Made by a program: the position numbers and the translations under genes. Shown here piece after piece: positions 50,573 through 61,744 of a DNA stretch of 64,000 nucleotides (the stretch's first letter is position 1; each line of letters starts with the position of its first letter). The DNA comes from Macrostomum lignano (lineage: Eukaryota). The notes beneath the pieces were generated by a model. The model ran no database searches and had not been told where the DNA came from. It was given only the letters and a program-made list of their open reading frames with translations. The DNA lies in assembly GCA_002269645.1 (NCBI GenBank), contig NIVC01001489.1, positions 1 through 64,000 of the forward strand, given 5' to 3'.

Positions 50573-52393
50573 AGCAACTGTGTAATTAGAACTACCCTGG
50601 CGCAACGCCTTCGCCCTGGCAAAAGTTATCGTGCACAGGCTTCTGAAACAGCCGCGGACTGTACAAAATTAGAATCAGAATTAGGCTAACATTAAAAATC
50701 AGCGACTTTGTGATTTCTCTGTCCTTGATTGCTACTTGAGTTTTGTTTTCGATTTGCAAGTTCGGTAGATTTTTTCAATATTTTTATCGTCAATTTTGTA
50801 CTATTTTATCTTCATAGGAGCTCGTAAACATATGCGCAATAAATGCTATCCAGCTACTCACTTTGAAGCCTGGCAGTAGTATTCAAAGTATTTTAAGGAT
50901 TTTTTTGCGTCTGATATTTTATAATTTTTCTTATTCCCGACAAGACTATTTAACAAAGCAAAGTGCACGCATCCGATCCAACCTTTTTTCTGCGGCAAAC
51001 TCAATTCCTTTTGTTACTGCCTGCTTCTGCACCGCCGATTGCATGCTCGAAAATAAGAGTAGAAAGCTTTTATACACTTATCGAAATAGGGCAAGAAAGC
51101 AGGATAATTGCTGTCTCTCTTGTACGCTTTCAAGCAATTTTTGACCTTCAAATTAATTTCTTAAAGATTGAGTTAAAGCGATACGACTACGCGATCAATG
51201 TGTGCACATAACTTTGTTATTGACAGAATTGCAAACTATAGTGTCTACTGAGACAGCAGTAGTCAGGGAATTTGTTTTAGGCAAGGACTACTAAAGTAGA
51301 AGACGCACACTCGAAATCTATGGAAAATGTTTTGAAAGCCATTTTTCATTGAAAAATACACAACGGAGATAGAAGGTTAGCATTTTTTCAGCACAAAATT
51401 GTTACTGTTTTCGATAGGAGGCGGACCCAGCGTTCATCGTTTAATATGTTGTGCCTTTATTACAGCTCTATTGATATTCATAAAGCTTTTTGTTCAGAAA
51501 ATTGGGATTCTATGTTACTTTTTATTCTACATGTACATACAATTGCAAATATCCTGTGCCTAAAAACCATTAAAATGACACGGCTCGGCTCGATCATTGG
51601 TTTTATGAATCTATTTCGTCATTTTTTGGCTGACTGTGTAACAATATGTGTCACAGAGATGATAAAATGGATTCAGAAAAACAAAGATTCAAGCTGTGCG
51701 ATGCGATTTTTGCTCACAGGGAATGTACCTAGAATAAAAAATTAACATTTAATCCTAAAGTTCTGAACGAAATGCTTTATAAATATGATGAGGACGCACT
51801 TTTTTCCAAACTTCACGCTCCAAACTTACTAGCCTACTAACAGCAGGCTATGGGCATTTTTCTCTTTATGTAAATTGCCTAGAATCCATACTAGTAGAAC
51901 TTTTGTAGTTATATGATTTTGCCATACTTGTAGTTATAATAACATAGGTGCGGCTTTTGGGTCATAAATCATCGCCTTCGAGCTGGTCTGACAGCCACCC
52001 CCGCCTCACTCAGTGCTGAGACTGGCGCCAGATGGTCTGAGAGGATGCGGGCGGTAGCTTATTTCTCATCATTTTGACAGGCCATCAAGATTTATGAGGT
52101 CAGGGCCTATTGTTCGTGTTCACTCAAGCGTGTGACAGCTTTGACAGCTATGCGTTTTACCCCTAAAAGTACGTTGGGATTAGCGATTAGCGATTTCTCT
52201 TCAATATCTTCACTTTCTATTTAATAAGAGCTTTCTGATGTATATTTTTTCATTAATTTTTATAATTCCTACGCGAAAGGTCATAAATCATTATGTAGCG
52301 ATTTTGAGTGATTTATGACCGCACCTGTCGTATTTTAATGGCCCCGAGGGAACTGATAGGATATTCTGGTCACGTGAGTTTGGGTGGCAACAA

Positions 52394-52501
52394 GCTCAGC
52401 CAATCAGAAAATTCGACGTGCGTTATAACAAATCAGCTCAGCCAATCAGCGTCGAGGTGTTCCAATATAACAAATTGCGGTCCAGTTGGCGGCTATTTAA
52501 A
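52394..52501 (+). promoter_or_regulatory. Duplicated CCAAT boxes plus a TATA-like box (LTR-like promoter)
   Basis: gctcagccaatcag at 52394 and 52436 (42-bp period, with tataacaaat at 52424 and 52466) and tatttaaa at 52494-52501. Confidence 0.45.
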
Positions 52502-53745
52502 CCGGTGTTTTTGGCCCGCTCGGACTCAACCTCCTGCTCCGCCTCCTGGGACTTTGGCCTAACATAGACCTCCCGGAGATCGACCGTCGTCTCTTGATTC
52601 CCGGATCGCGACTCCCCCCATCATCATCAAGGACGAATCCCCTCGGTCGTCAGCAGCGAACATCAAGATTAAGAACATCACCTGCTAGCTATCTGCGAAG
52701 GTTGTGACATCAGCATTATCCCGGGCCTACAGCTGCGAAGCACTAAGCCGATTCGGTCACTGTGGATTACCTGGTCTCCGGCTGTTGAGTTTCTGATTGG
52801 TTGGGTGAGAGGCTACCTAGACTTGCTTGATTGGGTGATTCCTTATCTGTCCCCTATTTCAATAGCTGGAATAGGCGCACACTTTTGCTCACTTTGTTCA
52901 ACAGGGCTGTTATTGAGCCAGAAATCATTAATAATACTGTTAGTAGTCCGAAGCCTCAATTTAATCTGAGGTGTGAAGTGTTCGAGTTAGCCTATCATCA
53001 GCTCTACGAGAGGCTTGTTGGCGCGTTGAAGGCCAAAAGTACAATTCCTCGTATTTAGCAATGTAATAATACATGTAGCTACCCCATAGTCTCGCCACTG
53101 CAAGAATCCCCTGCACGAGTCCCCTCTGTACCTGCATGGCCAATGCGATCAAGTCCCTGCAGTGTCCCTTATCATCGGCTATGACTTCGAGATTGACAGC
53201 AAAAAGACACTAGTTGGCAGGTAAGTGCTAAGCCCCCTCTAGTCGGAAGCCCGATTTCGAAAGTTCCGGTTTGGTGAGCCAGAACGCACGGGCTGGTGGC
53301 AGCGGGTTAGTTAATCTGCGGATTAGCTGATCTCTACCTTCAAAATTCTCTGCTTGTCTCTCGCTGTCCCTCTCTTAGCTATAGGACCTAGACTGCTCGC
53401 CACAAGATCAAGCTACCATGGGGCTGACCATCTGACAGGAGTGGGGGGCCAGGACTCTAATGGATTCATTTCTGAGGCCCGAAGGCTTCCACAAAGGAGC
53501 CGAAAAGGCCGAAACCCATCAAATATCAATAGAGCTGTCTGATATAAGAAAGGCACAATAAATCAAAAGATGAACATTGGTTCTGCCTCCTATCGAAAGC
53601 AATAACAATTTTTGTGCTGAAACAACGAAGACTTCCTATCTCCGTAGTGTATTTTCGGCGAAAAGTGGCCTTCAAAACTATTTCCATGAAACGTTAGTGT
53701 CTTCGCAGCTGTATATACGTTGTGTTGCTTTAGTTGTCCTTGTGT

Positions 53746-55326
53746 TTATGTGTAGCTGCCGCCGCTGCCAGGTCTTCCACTGTTCAGGCCTGTGCTGCCG
53801 AGAATCACGGTCGCCTCGCTTGCTGGCTCCGCAATTTCGGGACTTACTGAGCCTCCACCCCGGTCTCCATGGCGACTGAACGACGCAACGATTTGATCGA
53901 TGCTGCGACCTTTGGTCTCCGGCATGCGCAGGAACAGGAGGGCAAGGAACGCGGCCGTCAGGACGGTGAACGGCACGAACACCAGCGAGCCGAGGCCGTC
54001 CAGTAGCACGGGGAACAACATACCGACGGCGAAGTTCGCCAGCCAGTTCACCAGCACGCCGACAGCGTTAGCCGCTGAGCGAGAGTCCTGCGGGAACATC
54101 TCCGACATCATCATCCAGGGGATCGAGCCGGGACCGATGGCGAAGAACACCACGACGAGCAGCGCGGATGCGATGCTCCCCCCAGCGAGGCCGGCTGGCA
54201 CCGCGCCGTTGACTTTCTGCTGCTGGCCGACGCTGAACAGCACAGTGAAGAGAGCGGAGGCCACCGTGATGCCCGCCAGGCCCGCCAGGTGAAGAGTCCG
54301 CCGGCCAGCCCGGTCCATGAGCGGCACGGACACGAGCGTCATCACCACCATGATGGCACCGACCGCGATAGTGGCCAGCTGTGCCGCCGACTCTGATGCT
54401 CCGACGCCCTGGAACAGATCAGCTGAGTAGTAGAAGATGACGTTGATGCCTGACCACTGCTGGGACAGGTGCAGCACAATCCCCACAATTAGAGGCCGCC
54501 ACTGGGCAGCGAGGCGCGAGCAGCCCTGCCGCTGCTCCTGACCGGTTTGGCCGTCCAACTCGGAGCGAATCTCCACCAACTCCTCGTCGATGGACTTGTC
54601 CTCGCTGTCTCCTTTGTCGACGCCGCGCAGCTGGCACAGAGCCGAGCGAGCTGCAGCTTCGTCGTGTCTGGTGAGCAGCAGGTGCCGCGGCGTCTCCAGG
54701 CAGGCCGGCAGGCAGGCGAGCTGCAAGACGCTTGGCAGGCCGGCAATGGCGAACAAAATCGGCCAGAGCTGCGGCCCGCCCAGTGCCTGCTGGATGCTGA
54801 GCGCTTGCGACAGCAGCAGGCCGGTCACCACGCCGAGCTGTTTCAGCACGCCGATGCCGCCACGCAGCTGTCTGGGCGCGATCTCAGCCAGGTAGATCGG
54901 CACCAGCCCCGTGTACAGAGCGCTGCAGAAGCCGATCAGCAGCCGGCCGATGATCAGCATCTCGAAACTTCCAGCCGGTTTCGCCACCGACATCAGGAGA
55001 GCGGCCACCACGCCAACGCCAGAGTTGACGAGCATGCCGTTCCTGCGGCCCAGCCGCTCGGCCCAGTAGCCGCTGACCAGAGCGCCGATCATGCCGCCGA
55101 CGGCGAACATCGACACGACCACGGAGAACAGCACGTCGGCTGTGTACGCGGTTAGCTGGACACCGTAGTGAGCCGCTGTGGACTCGTTGATCAGGCGGAC
55201 GATGCTCGCCTTTGGATTGTTGATCACCCCGGTGCTCCAGCCGAAGCAGACAGCGCCGAGAAAGGCGGAGAAGCAGGAGAACGCGAGGAAGGCTGTGACG
55301 CCTGAGGAGCTGCGACGTTGAGTCAT
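53746..55326 (-). CDS. Facilitated glucose transporter (SLC2A/GLUT class I-like), 526 aa, intronless
   Basis: Uninterrupted ORF with sugar-porter motifs: GWSTGVIN, ERLGRR, VPIYLAEIAP..LRG, ETPR, QQWSGINVIFYY, DRAGRR, GPGSIPW, PETKG. Confidence 0.95.
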   Translation of the reverse strand: MTQRRSSSGVTAFLAFSCFSAFLGAVCFGWSTGVINNPKASIVRLINESTAAHYGVQLTAYTADVLFSVVVSMFAVGGMIGALVSGYWAERLGRRNGMLVNSGVGVVAALLMSVAKPAGSFEMLIIGRLLIGFCSALYTGLVPIYLAEIAPRQLRGGIGVLKQLGVVTGLLLSQALSIQQALGGPQLWPILFAIAGLPSVLQLACLPACLETPRHLLLTRHDEAAARSALCQLRGVDKGDSEDKSIDEELVEIRSELDGQTGQEQRQGCSRLAAQWRPLIVGIVLHLSQQWSGINVIFYYSADLFQGVGASESAAQLATIAVGAIMVVMTLVSVPLMDRAGRRTLHLAGLAGITVASALFTVLFSVGQQQKVNGAVPAGLAGGSIASALLVVVFFAIGPGSIPWMMMSEMFPQDSRSAANAVGVLVNWLANFAVGMLFPVLLDGLGSLVFVPFTVLTAAFLALLFLRMPETKGRSIDQIVASFSRHGDRGGGSVSPEIAEPASEATVILGSTGLNSGRPGSGGSYT

Positions 55327-56239
55327 TGCTGCTGAATACTGTTCGGTATCGGCTTGGTGAGTCTATTTTGCTGCTTCCAAAAGGTGAGAGCGCTTTACGT
55401 AGCAGCCTGATTTAACCTTGGCTTCACTATAGCCGACTTTTCTGCTATGTGCTAGGTGTTCTCCACTTATCTAGTGGTGGGCGGTACCAGCATATAAAGC
55501 GTCACACTTATTAGCATACAGCTAGTTCAAGGTGACTGGAGACGAGGGGCGAACTGTAGCACTTGCCCAACAAGCTCGCGTTTGAATTGCGTATTGCCGA
55601 CAAGCCGAAGACTCTAGAGTGCAGATCGGTGCGCAGACATGGAAAGCGCACAGTGAAAGTTGCAGCGAAATTCTCTCTGTTCGGCCCCTGGTAGATAGAG
55701 CTTATCTAGCAGCAACCTGGTTTGCCTGCAATCACGTGTGTTGTGAATGACATTCAGCTTGGTTACGATAATATTTGTACAAGTTGATTGCAACGCAAAT
55801 CTAATGAATTGCCTAGCAAGTTTCTCTAACTTGTTCAATTTACCTTATCTTTGCCCTTCACTGTAATTCATTGCCAACTGATTTGATAAAAACATGTAGT
55901 TTAGTTGATTTGCATAGCGAAGGCAGGTGAATTTTAATTGCTAATCTGCTTATAAGCTTGGTTTGTACCTGTTCTGTGTAATTGGACTCTGACACCTCTA
56001 TAGACTGCAGATTGTTGAATTATAAATTTATCTTTTCCATGAGTGGTTTGGTTTATCTTCTTAGCGGGCAGCAGACTGTTCTTTTCTGAAAAAATAGACC
56101 CGTGCTACTTGAAGTATTATACCCGGTCATCCATAAAGTTCTTGCGCTTTTTGACGAATTATAATTATTCAGAGCGAAAAGTATATGTATGTGTAATATT
56201 AACTCAACAATAACTAATACGCTCGTAATAACTGATTAC

Positions 56240-56518
56240 ACCTGCCCTGATATGGACAGATGTGCAACCGACAGCTCAGCCGCAGCTATTGCGTGGCGCA
56301 TCTGAAGGCTGCGTACGGCTGTTCAGTCCATGGAATGCTGGGTCGCCACACCCTCAAACCCAGCTAATGCTGGCACCCATTTTACAGCTGGATGAACTAA
56401 AGCAATGCAGAGTTAAGTGTCTTGCTCAAGGACACAAATTGTTCCGAGTGGTTCGAGAATCGAACCACCGACCTTTCAGTCGGGAGTCCGACGCTCTGAC
56501 CACTAGGCTGCAACCCCC
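56240..56518 (-). mobile_element. tRNA-derived SINE with a CORE-like segment
   Basis: The minus strand starts gggggttgcagcctagtggtcagagcg (A box) ... ggttcgattc (B box), followed by gtgtccttgagcaagacacttaactctg, which resembles the CORE-SINE motif. The 3' boundary is approximate. Confidence 0.7.
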
Positions 56519-56979
56519 TCAACATGAGTTGCCAGTTGCACAAAGCCAGATCTGTAAAATTTGCCAACTCTGGACAAAAACTCTATGACCCCATTTTCCA
56601 ACTCTTCGTTGGAGAAATTTTTTGCTGATCAAAAACTTGGTTAGGGATAAAAGATAATCGTAAATGGGAACTGTGTGGGCTGTGAGTTGGATGCAGCAAA
56701 ACCTCACAGCCCGGCTGCAGCAGCTGCTAAACTGCCAAGTTTAAATTTGCAAAACTTATTCATTCAATTGGCCGCAAATGTTTGCATCAGATTCTGAAGT
56801 TTCCTAGGATAGCTCGTATGATAAAACACCGCCACAGTTATGAGCTATGAAAATGAGAAAGATAAATATAGCATTTTGCAGCCCATTTGGGCCTACACGC
56901 ATTGAATTTAATCCAAGATACGTTTGCCAATGCAACGGAGCTTTTGTCTATGGTAGCAAGGCTGGCGCAGCGGCAGTTA

Positions 56980-57490
56980 ATTTGGTCCAACAAGCATCAA
57001 TTTGGTCCAACAAGCGTCAATTTGGTCCAACAAGCATCAATTTGGTCCAACAAGCATCAATTTGGTCCAACAAGCATCAATTTGGTCCAACAAGCATCAA
57101 TTTGGTCCAACAAGCATCAATTTGGTCCAACAAGCGTCAATTTGGTCCAACAAGCATCAATTTGGTCCAACAAGCATCAATTTGGTCCAACAAGCATCAA
57201 TTTGGTCCAACAAGCATCAATTTGGTCCAACAAGCATCAATTTGGTCCAACAAGCGTCAATTTGGTCCAACAAGCATCGATTTGGTCCAACAAGCATCAA
57301 TTTGGTCCAACAAGCATCAATTTGGTCCAACAAGCATCAATTTGGTCCAACAAGCGTCAATTTGGTCCAACAAGCATCGATTTGGTCCAACAAGCATCAA
57401 TTTGGTCCAACAAGCATCAATTTGGTCCAACAAGCATCAATTTGGTCCAACAAGCATCAATTTGGTCCAACAAGCATCAATTTGGTCCAT
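56980..57490. repeat. 20-bp array (aatttggtccaacaagcatc) in the left TIR, ~25 copies
   Basis: Direct reading. Confidence 0.97.
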
Positions 57491-57951
57491 AGCTTCATTT
57501 GCTACTGTTGCGGAGGATCAAGATCAGCCGCAGAATTGTGGACCATATGCTAGGCGTCGAACTCGAACGAACGCCATTATTGGCTTGTGCTCAAAGCACT
57601 CAACAGAGGTGAACACCCAAAGGACATTGCAAGGTTGCTGAATGTAAAAGAAAATGTTGTTTACAGCATTCATCAGCGCGTTGAAACCAATGCCGGCATA
57701 GGTCGCCTGCGAAAAGGTAGCAATCGCCAAACTGCTACTCGATGCGATTGAGACGAACCCTTTGTGTTGAAGTTGCAGAAAATGCAGCAGAAGTTGAAGG
57801 AAAAGTTCGAGTTGGTTCTCAGATTTCGACTACCAGCAGAGCTCTGGAAAAGCGACTGAAAATTGTTGGTAGAGACGCTGACATTCCAGCGGTACGCAAC
57901 AACCTGCAGACGGTTGCGAGAAGGTAAGAGCTTGCCGAATGGCTCACGAGT

Positions 57952-58283
57952 GTTTGGACCAAATTGATGCTTGTTGGACCAAATTGATGCTTGTTGGACC
58001 AAATTGATGCTTGTTGGACCAAATTGATGCTTGTTGGACCAAATCGATGCTTGTTGGACCAAATTGATGCTTGTTTGACCAAATTGATGCTTGTTGGACC
58101 AAATTGATGCTTGTTGGACCAAATTGATGCTTGTTGGACCAAATTGATGCTTGTTGGACCAAATTGATGCTTGTTGGACCAAATTGACGCTTGTTGGACC
58201 AAATTGATGCTTGTTGGACCAAATTGATGCTTGTTGGACCAAATTGATGCTTGTTGGACCAAATTGATGCTTGTTGGACCAAA
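57952..58283. repeat. Inverted 20-bp array in the right TIR, ~16 copies
   Basis: Reverse complement of the 56980-57490 unit. Confidence 0.97.
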
Positions 58284-58638
58284 TTAACTGCCGCTGTGCC
58301 AGCCTTGCTACCATAGACAAAAGCTCCATTACATTGTCAAACGCATTTTGGATTAAATTCAATGCGCGTAGGCCCAAATGGGCTACAAAAAGCTATATTA
58401 GTATAGACTTCCTGAAAGCGATGTTGATCGATGCATACGAGTATAATATAGGATTCAATACTTGGTTTTGAGTGCTTAAATGTCTAGTTGATAAAAGTTG
58501 ATAAAAAGCCAACCAAGTTTAGAATTCAGTGCTTTTCCACGCCTATTTCTATAGTCTATGACAATGTCTATGACATAGTTTACGACAATGAGCTATAAAA
58601 CTGTAGAATGTCAAGAACTGAATACAATACGATAAAAA

Positions 58639-59148
58639 CTAAATACAAACGCAAACAGAATTGAAAGCTAATTTTAAACGGTCCAGCTTTTGAGTTATGT
58701 AGCATGCAAAAATTAGATAAAATTGGTGACCTTCGATGCACAAACCGAACAGACGAGAGCAATGAAGCTCCCACGCTGCCGCCTTGTCTGCTGTGATAGT
58801 TTCAGCTACGGCCGCGCGGGCTTCTCGTTCCATTAGCATGAATCTCCAGTCTTCCAGCATCACGTCTTCAGGAGGAGCAGCCTCCTTCTCCATCAATTCC
58901 GTCTCGACCAAGCGGCATTTAATTTTAGCCTTCAGAGCGCTGTTGGCCAGCTCGGACGGATTCAGAAATGGAGCGTAGGTTGGCAGGATGCGAACTGAGA
59001 TGCGCTGCTGCAGCTGGTGAATCGCAACCCCGCGATGAAAGTGTGGCCCGTCCATCACGATCAGCCACCACCCATCAGGATCGCGTTCAGAGCACAGCTC
59101 AATCGCGTTCAGGTTAACTGAAGTTGGGAATTGTTGAGTTAGTGTCAA
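58639..59148 (-). mobile_element. IS630/Tc1-like transposase C-terminal catalytic fragment
   Basis: LIVMDGPHFH...ILPTYAPFLNPSE..NSALKAKIK corresponds to the second D and the E of a DDE_3-type triad. Confidence 0.8.
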
Positions 59149-60034
59149 TGTGCCAGAACTAGTGTCAATGGTTAGTTATATATTCGGTTCAGAGGTAGAG
59201 GTAAACACTTCGTCGTTATTTTTTCATCAGGATTAGCTAGCGTAACGTTTATCACAAAATCCCGTGAAAACCGCTCTCGAGGAAGCAGACCTTAGGTGTC
59301 TGCGGCCAGCCTGAGGAAGATGAGGACTGTAGTTTTTAGGACTATGAAGTCAGAGATGGTGACCAAATCTGCTGGCTTCATAAGATGTACATGTGACGGG
59401 TTGTCATCGATATTCCACTATAAACATATTGAACTACACTACTAGCGTAAGAGCATAACGGGGAATTTTTGCCCGAAAATTCCAGTCTCTTTCAAAACTG
59501 CATCTTTGCTTCCTTTCTAACTCATTGAATATTCATTGAGCAGAGTGCATATGCCCCATTCAGCTTCATTCAAACTCTCTGAAAGAGGAGGGAGGGTTGG
59601 GTCACTTTTCGGAAAGCAGCTACAACTACTACAGCAGCTGTGGGCCGCAGGAATGCAGCAAAGTGAGTTCAGCATAGACTCAGACTGTGCTGTGCGACAC
59701 AAGAGAGAGAAAAGAGAATTCCAGAGCACGGGGGCTGCGAGCGTGCATACTTTACCTGCAGAAGTGACTACAATGGCAGCGTGACCCGGTTCGCCTGTTG
59801 CCCCAGGGCGGCGCGCGCCGTTGACGCAGCCCTCGCACCACTCGCTACTGCGGGTGGAGGGTGGGTTAGAACGGCACAAAAGAAGAAACAAAAAGATGCA
59901 GCTCAACGCAGACCAGTCTCTGAGGTAAATTTCCTGACTAGGAGTTTTTAGCTTCAAGCTGGCTGCATTCTCAGCTGAACAGCCTGAGGGGCCAGTCGAG
60001 CTGGAGTTTAGCTGCAGCTAAGACCCAGCGTAGT

Positions 60035-60100
60035 GGGCGCGGCTCGACCAATGGCGGGCTTGGCGGGCACTCCAAAGCTTCTCTCGCTGGCGATATAAAA
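60035..60100 (+). promoter_or_regulatory. Core promoter of the dynein light chain gene
   Basis: GC-box-like gggcgcgg (~60035), CCAAT 60048-60052 and TATAAAA 60094-60100, about 90 nt upstream of the ATG. AATAAA lies at 60619-60624, after the stop. Confidence 0.6.
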
Positions 60101-60190
60101 TGAAGACGTTCGGGCCGCGGTGCAGAACCGCACACCACTCGAATTTTTGAAGCAACTCATTCAAGTTCAAGCTCAAACAACTCAGTCAGA

Positions 60191-60534
60191 ATGGCGCAGT
60201 TCCAGAAGGGTGACATGTCCCCCGAGCTGAAGCCGGACGTCCTCGCCCTGATCAACGAGATCTGCGCCGAGTACAAGGACGACGATGGCATCGCCAGCAA
60301 CCTGAAGAAGAGGCTGGACAGCAAGTTCACCCCCACCTGGCAGGTGACCGTTGGCCGCAACTACGCTAGGTGAGAGTTTCACGCAGTTGCTTCTTCTGAA
60401 ATTTTATCAGCTATAAATAAACTCAACTTCTCATTGCCGCCTGACTTTCCAGCTACGTGACGCACGAGAAGAACACCTTCGGCTACTTCCAGAACGGCCC
60501 CTTTGCCATCCTGGTGTACAAGGCCGGCCTGTAA
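60191..60534 (+). CDS. Dynein light chain (LC8-family fold), divergent, 86 aa
   Basis: Exons 60191-60369 and 60453-60534: ...IASNLKKRLDSKFTPTWQVTVGRNYASYVTHEKNTFGYFQNGPFAILVYKAG, compared with LC8 WHCIVGRNFGSYVTHE. Confidence 0.92.
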
Positions 60535-61027
60535 GCGACTGTCGCGTAACAGTCTTCTCGACAGTGACTTCCAACCAACATATTCTTAATCAATATTTTA
60601 ATTACTAAGCTAGCAAGTAATAAATTAAGAAAATAGTGTTCTTCCACGCGATATTCGCCCGGAATATTATAAATATTCCATTGCTCACTCGACTTAACTC
60701 ATTGAGCCATCGACTTAAAAGTTTTGCGTTGCTGTTTCGAACTTCGGCAATGCGTACCATCGAATAGGCTATGCTTTTTTACATTTTAAACTAAAATACA
60801 AGCTGTGCGTTCCACAACAGAAAAAAGACCAAGAGCTCACGGTTCTAAGTATTAGTTAAAATATATATTAGGCATATTGTCTTTTATTTTTACTACCTAT
60901 TTGACTTACTGAAATTTCAAGCTTTGATTGGCGACCAACTTTGAACAAATGCGACACTTATTCTTCTGTGCTACCACATGCTTCTACTGTATTGAAATCG
61001 ACAGAATTCCAAATAAGAAAAGTGTGA

Positions 61028-61740
61028 ACAGACACTAGCGAGTGCTGCAAAAATATAGACACTACTAGCGAGTGTTGCAAGACCATAGACACTAGCGAGT
61101 GTTGCAAGACCGTAGACACTAGCGAGTGTTGCAAGACCGTAGACACTAGCGAGTGTTGCAAGACCGTAGACACTAGCGAGTGTTGCAAGACCATAGACAC
61201 TAGCGAGTGTTGAAAAATATAGACACTAGCGAGTGTTGCAAGACCATAGACACTAGCGAGTGTTGCAAGACCATAGACACTAGTGAGTGTTGCAAGACCA
61301 TAGACACTAGTGAGTGTTGCAACACTAGCGACTGTTGCAAGACCATAGACACTAGCGACTGTTGCAAGACCATAGACACTAGTGAGTGTTGCAAGATGAT
61401 AGACACTAGTGAGTGTTGCAAGACCATAGACACTAGCGACTGTTGCAAGACCATAGACACTAGTGAGCTTTGCAAGACCATAGACACTAGTGAGTGTTGC
61501 AAGACCATAGACACTAGTGAGTGTTGCAAGACCATAGACACTAGTGAGTGTTGCAAGACCATAGACACTAGTGAGTGTTGCAAGACCATAGACACTAGTG
61601 AGTGTTGCAAGATCATAGACACTAGTGAGTGTTGCAAGACCATAGACACTAGTGAGTGTTGCAAGACCATAGACACTAGTGAGTGTTGCAAGATCATAGA
61701 CACTAGTGAGTGTTGCAAGACCATAGATACGAGCAAGTGT
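61028..61740. repeat. 27-bp minisatellite (gagtgttgcaagaccatagacactagt)
   Basis: Tandem copies; they explain the LQHSLVSMV and IDTSECCKT ORFs. Confidence 0.95.
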
Positions 61741-61744
61741 TGCA

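Larger units (their letters stand above)
56867..58396 (+). mobile_element. Internally deleted IS630/Tc1-mariner-like element with long, satellite-containing TIRs
   Basis: 56865-57490 and 57952-58398 are inverted copies, with termini AATATAGC / GCTATATT (compatible with a TA target). The interior 57520-57950 encodes an N-terminal transposase HTH (KALNRGEHPKDIARLLNVKENVVYSI..., LLDAIETNP..., ISTTSRALEKRL). Confidence 0.85.

Noticed and set aside
52394-52560. Histone gene promoter
   Set aside because: The CCAAT/TATA arrangement fits, but no histone ORF follows.
53455-53520. Functional hammerhead ribozyme
   Set aside because: Stem II and GAAAC are present, but the CUGANGA core is absent and stem III is mismatched. 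It is kept only as part of a low-confidence finding.
56430-56518. Functional tRNA gene
   Set aside because: The acceptor and anticodon stems do not close, and the sequence continues into a SINE body.
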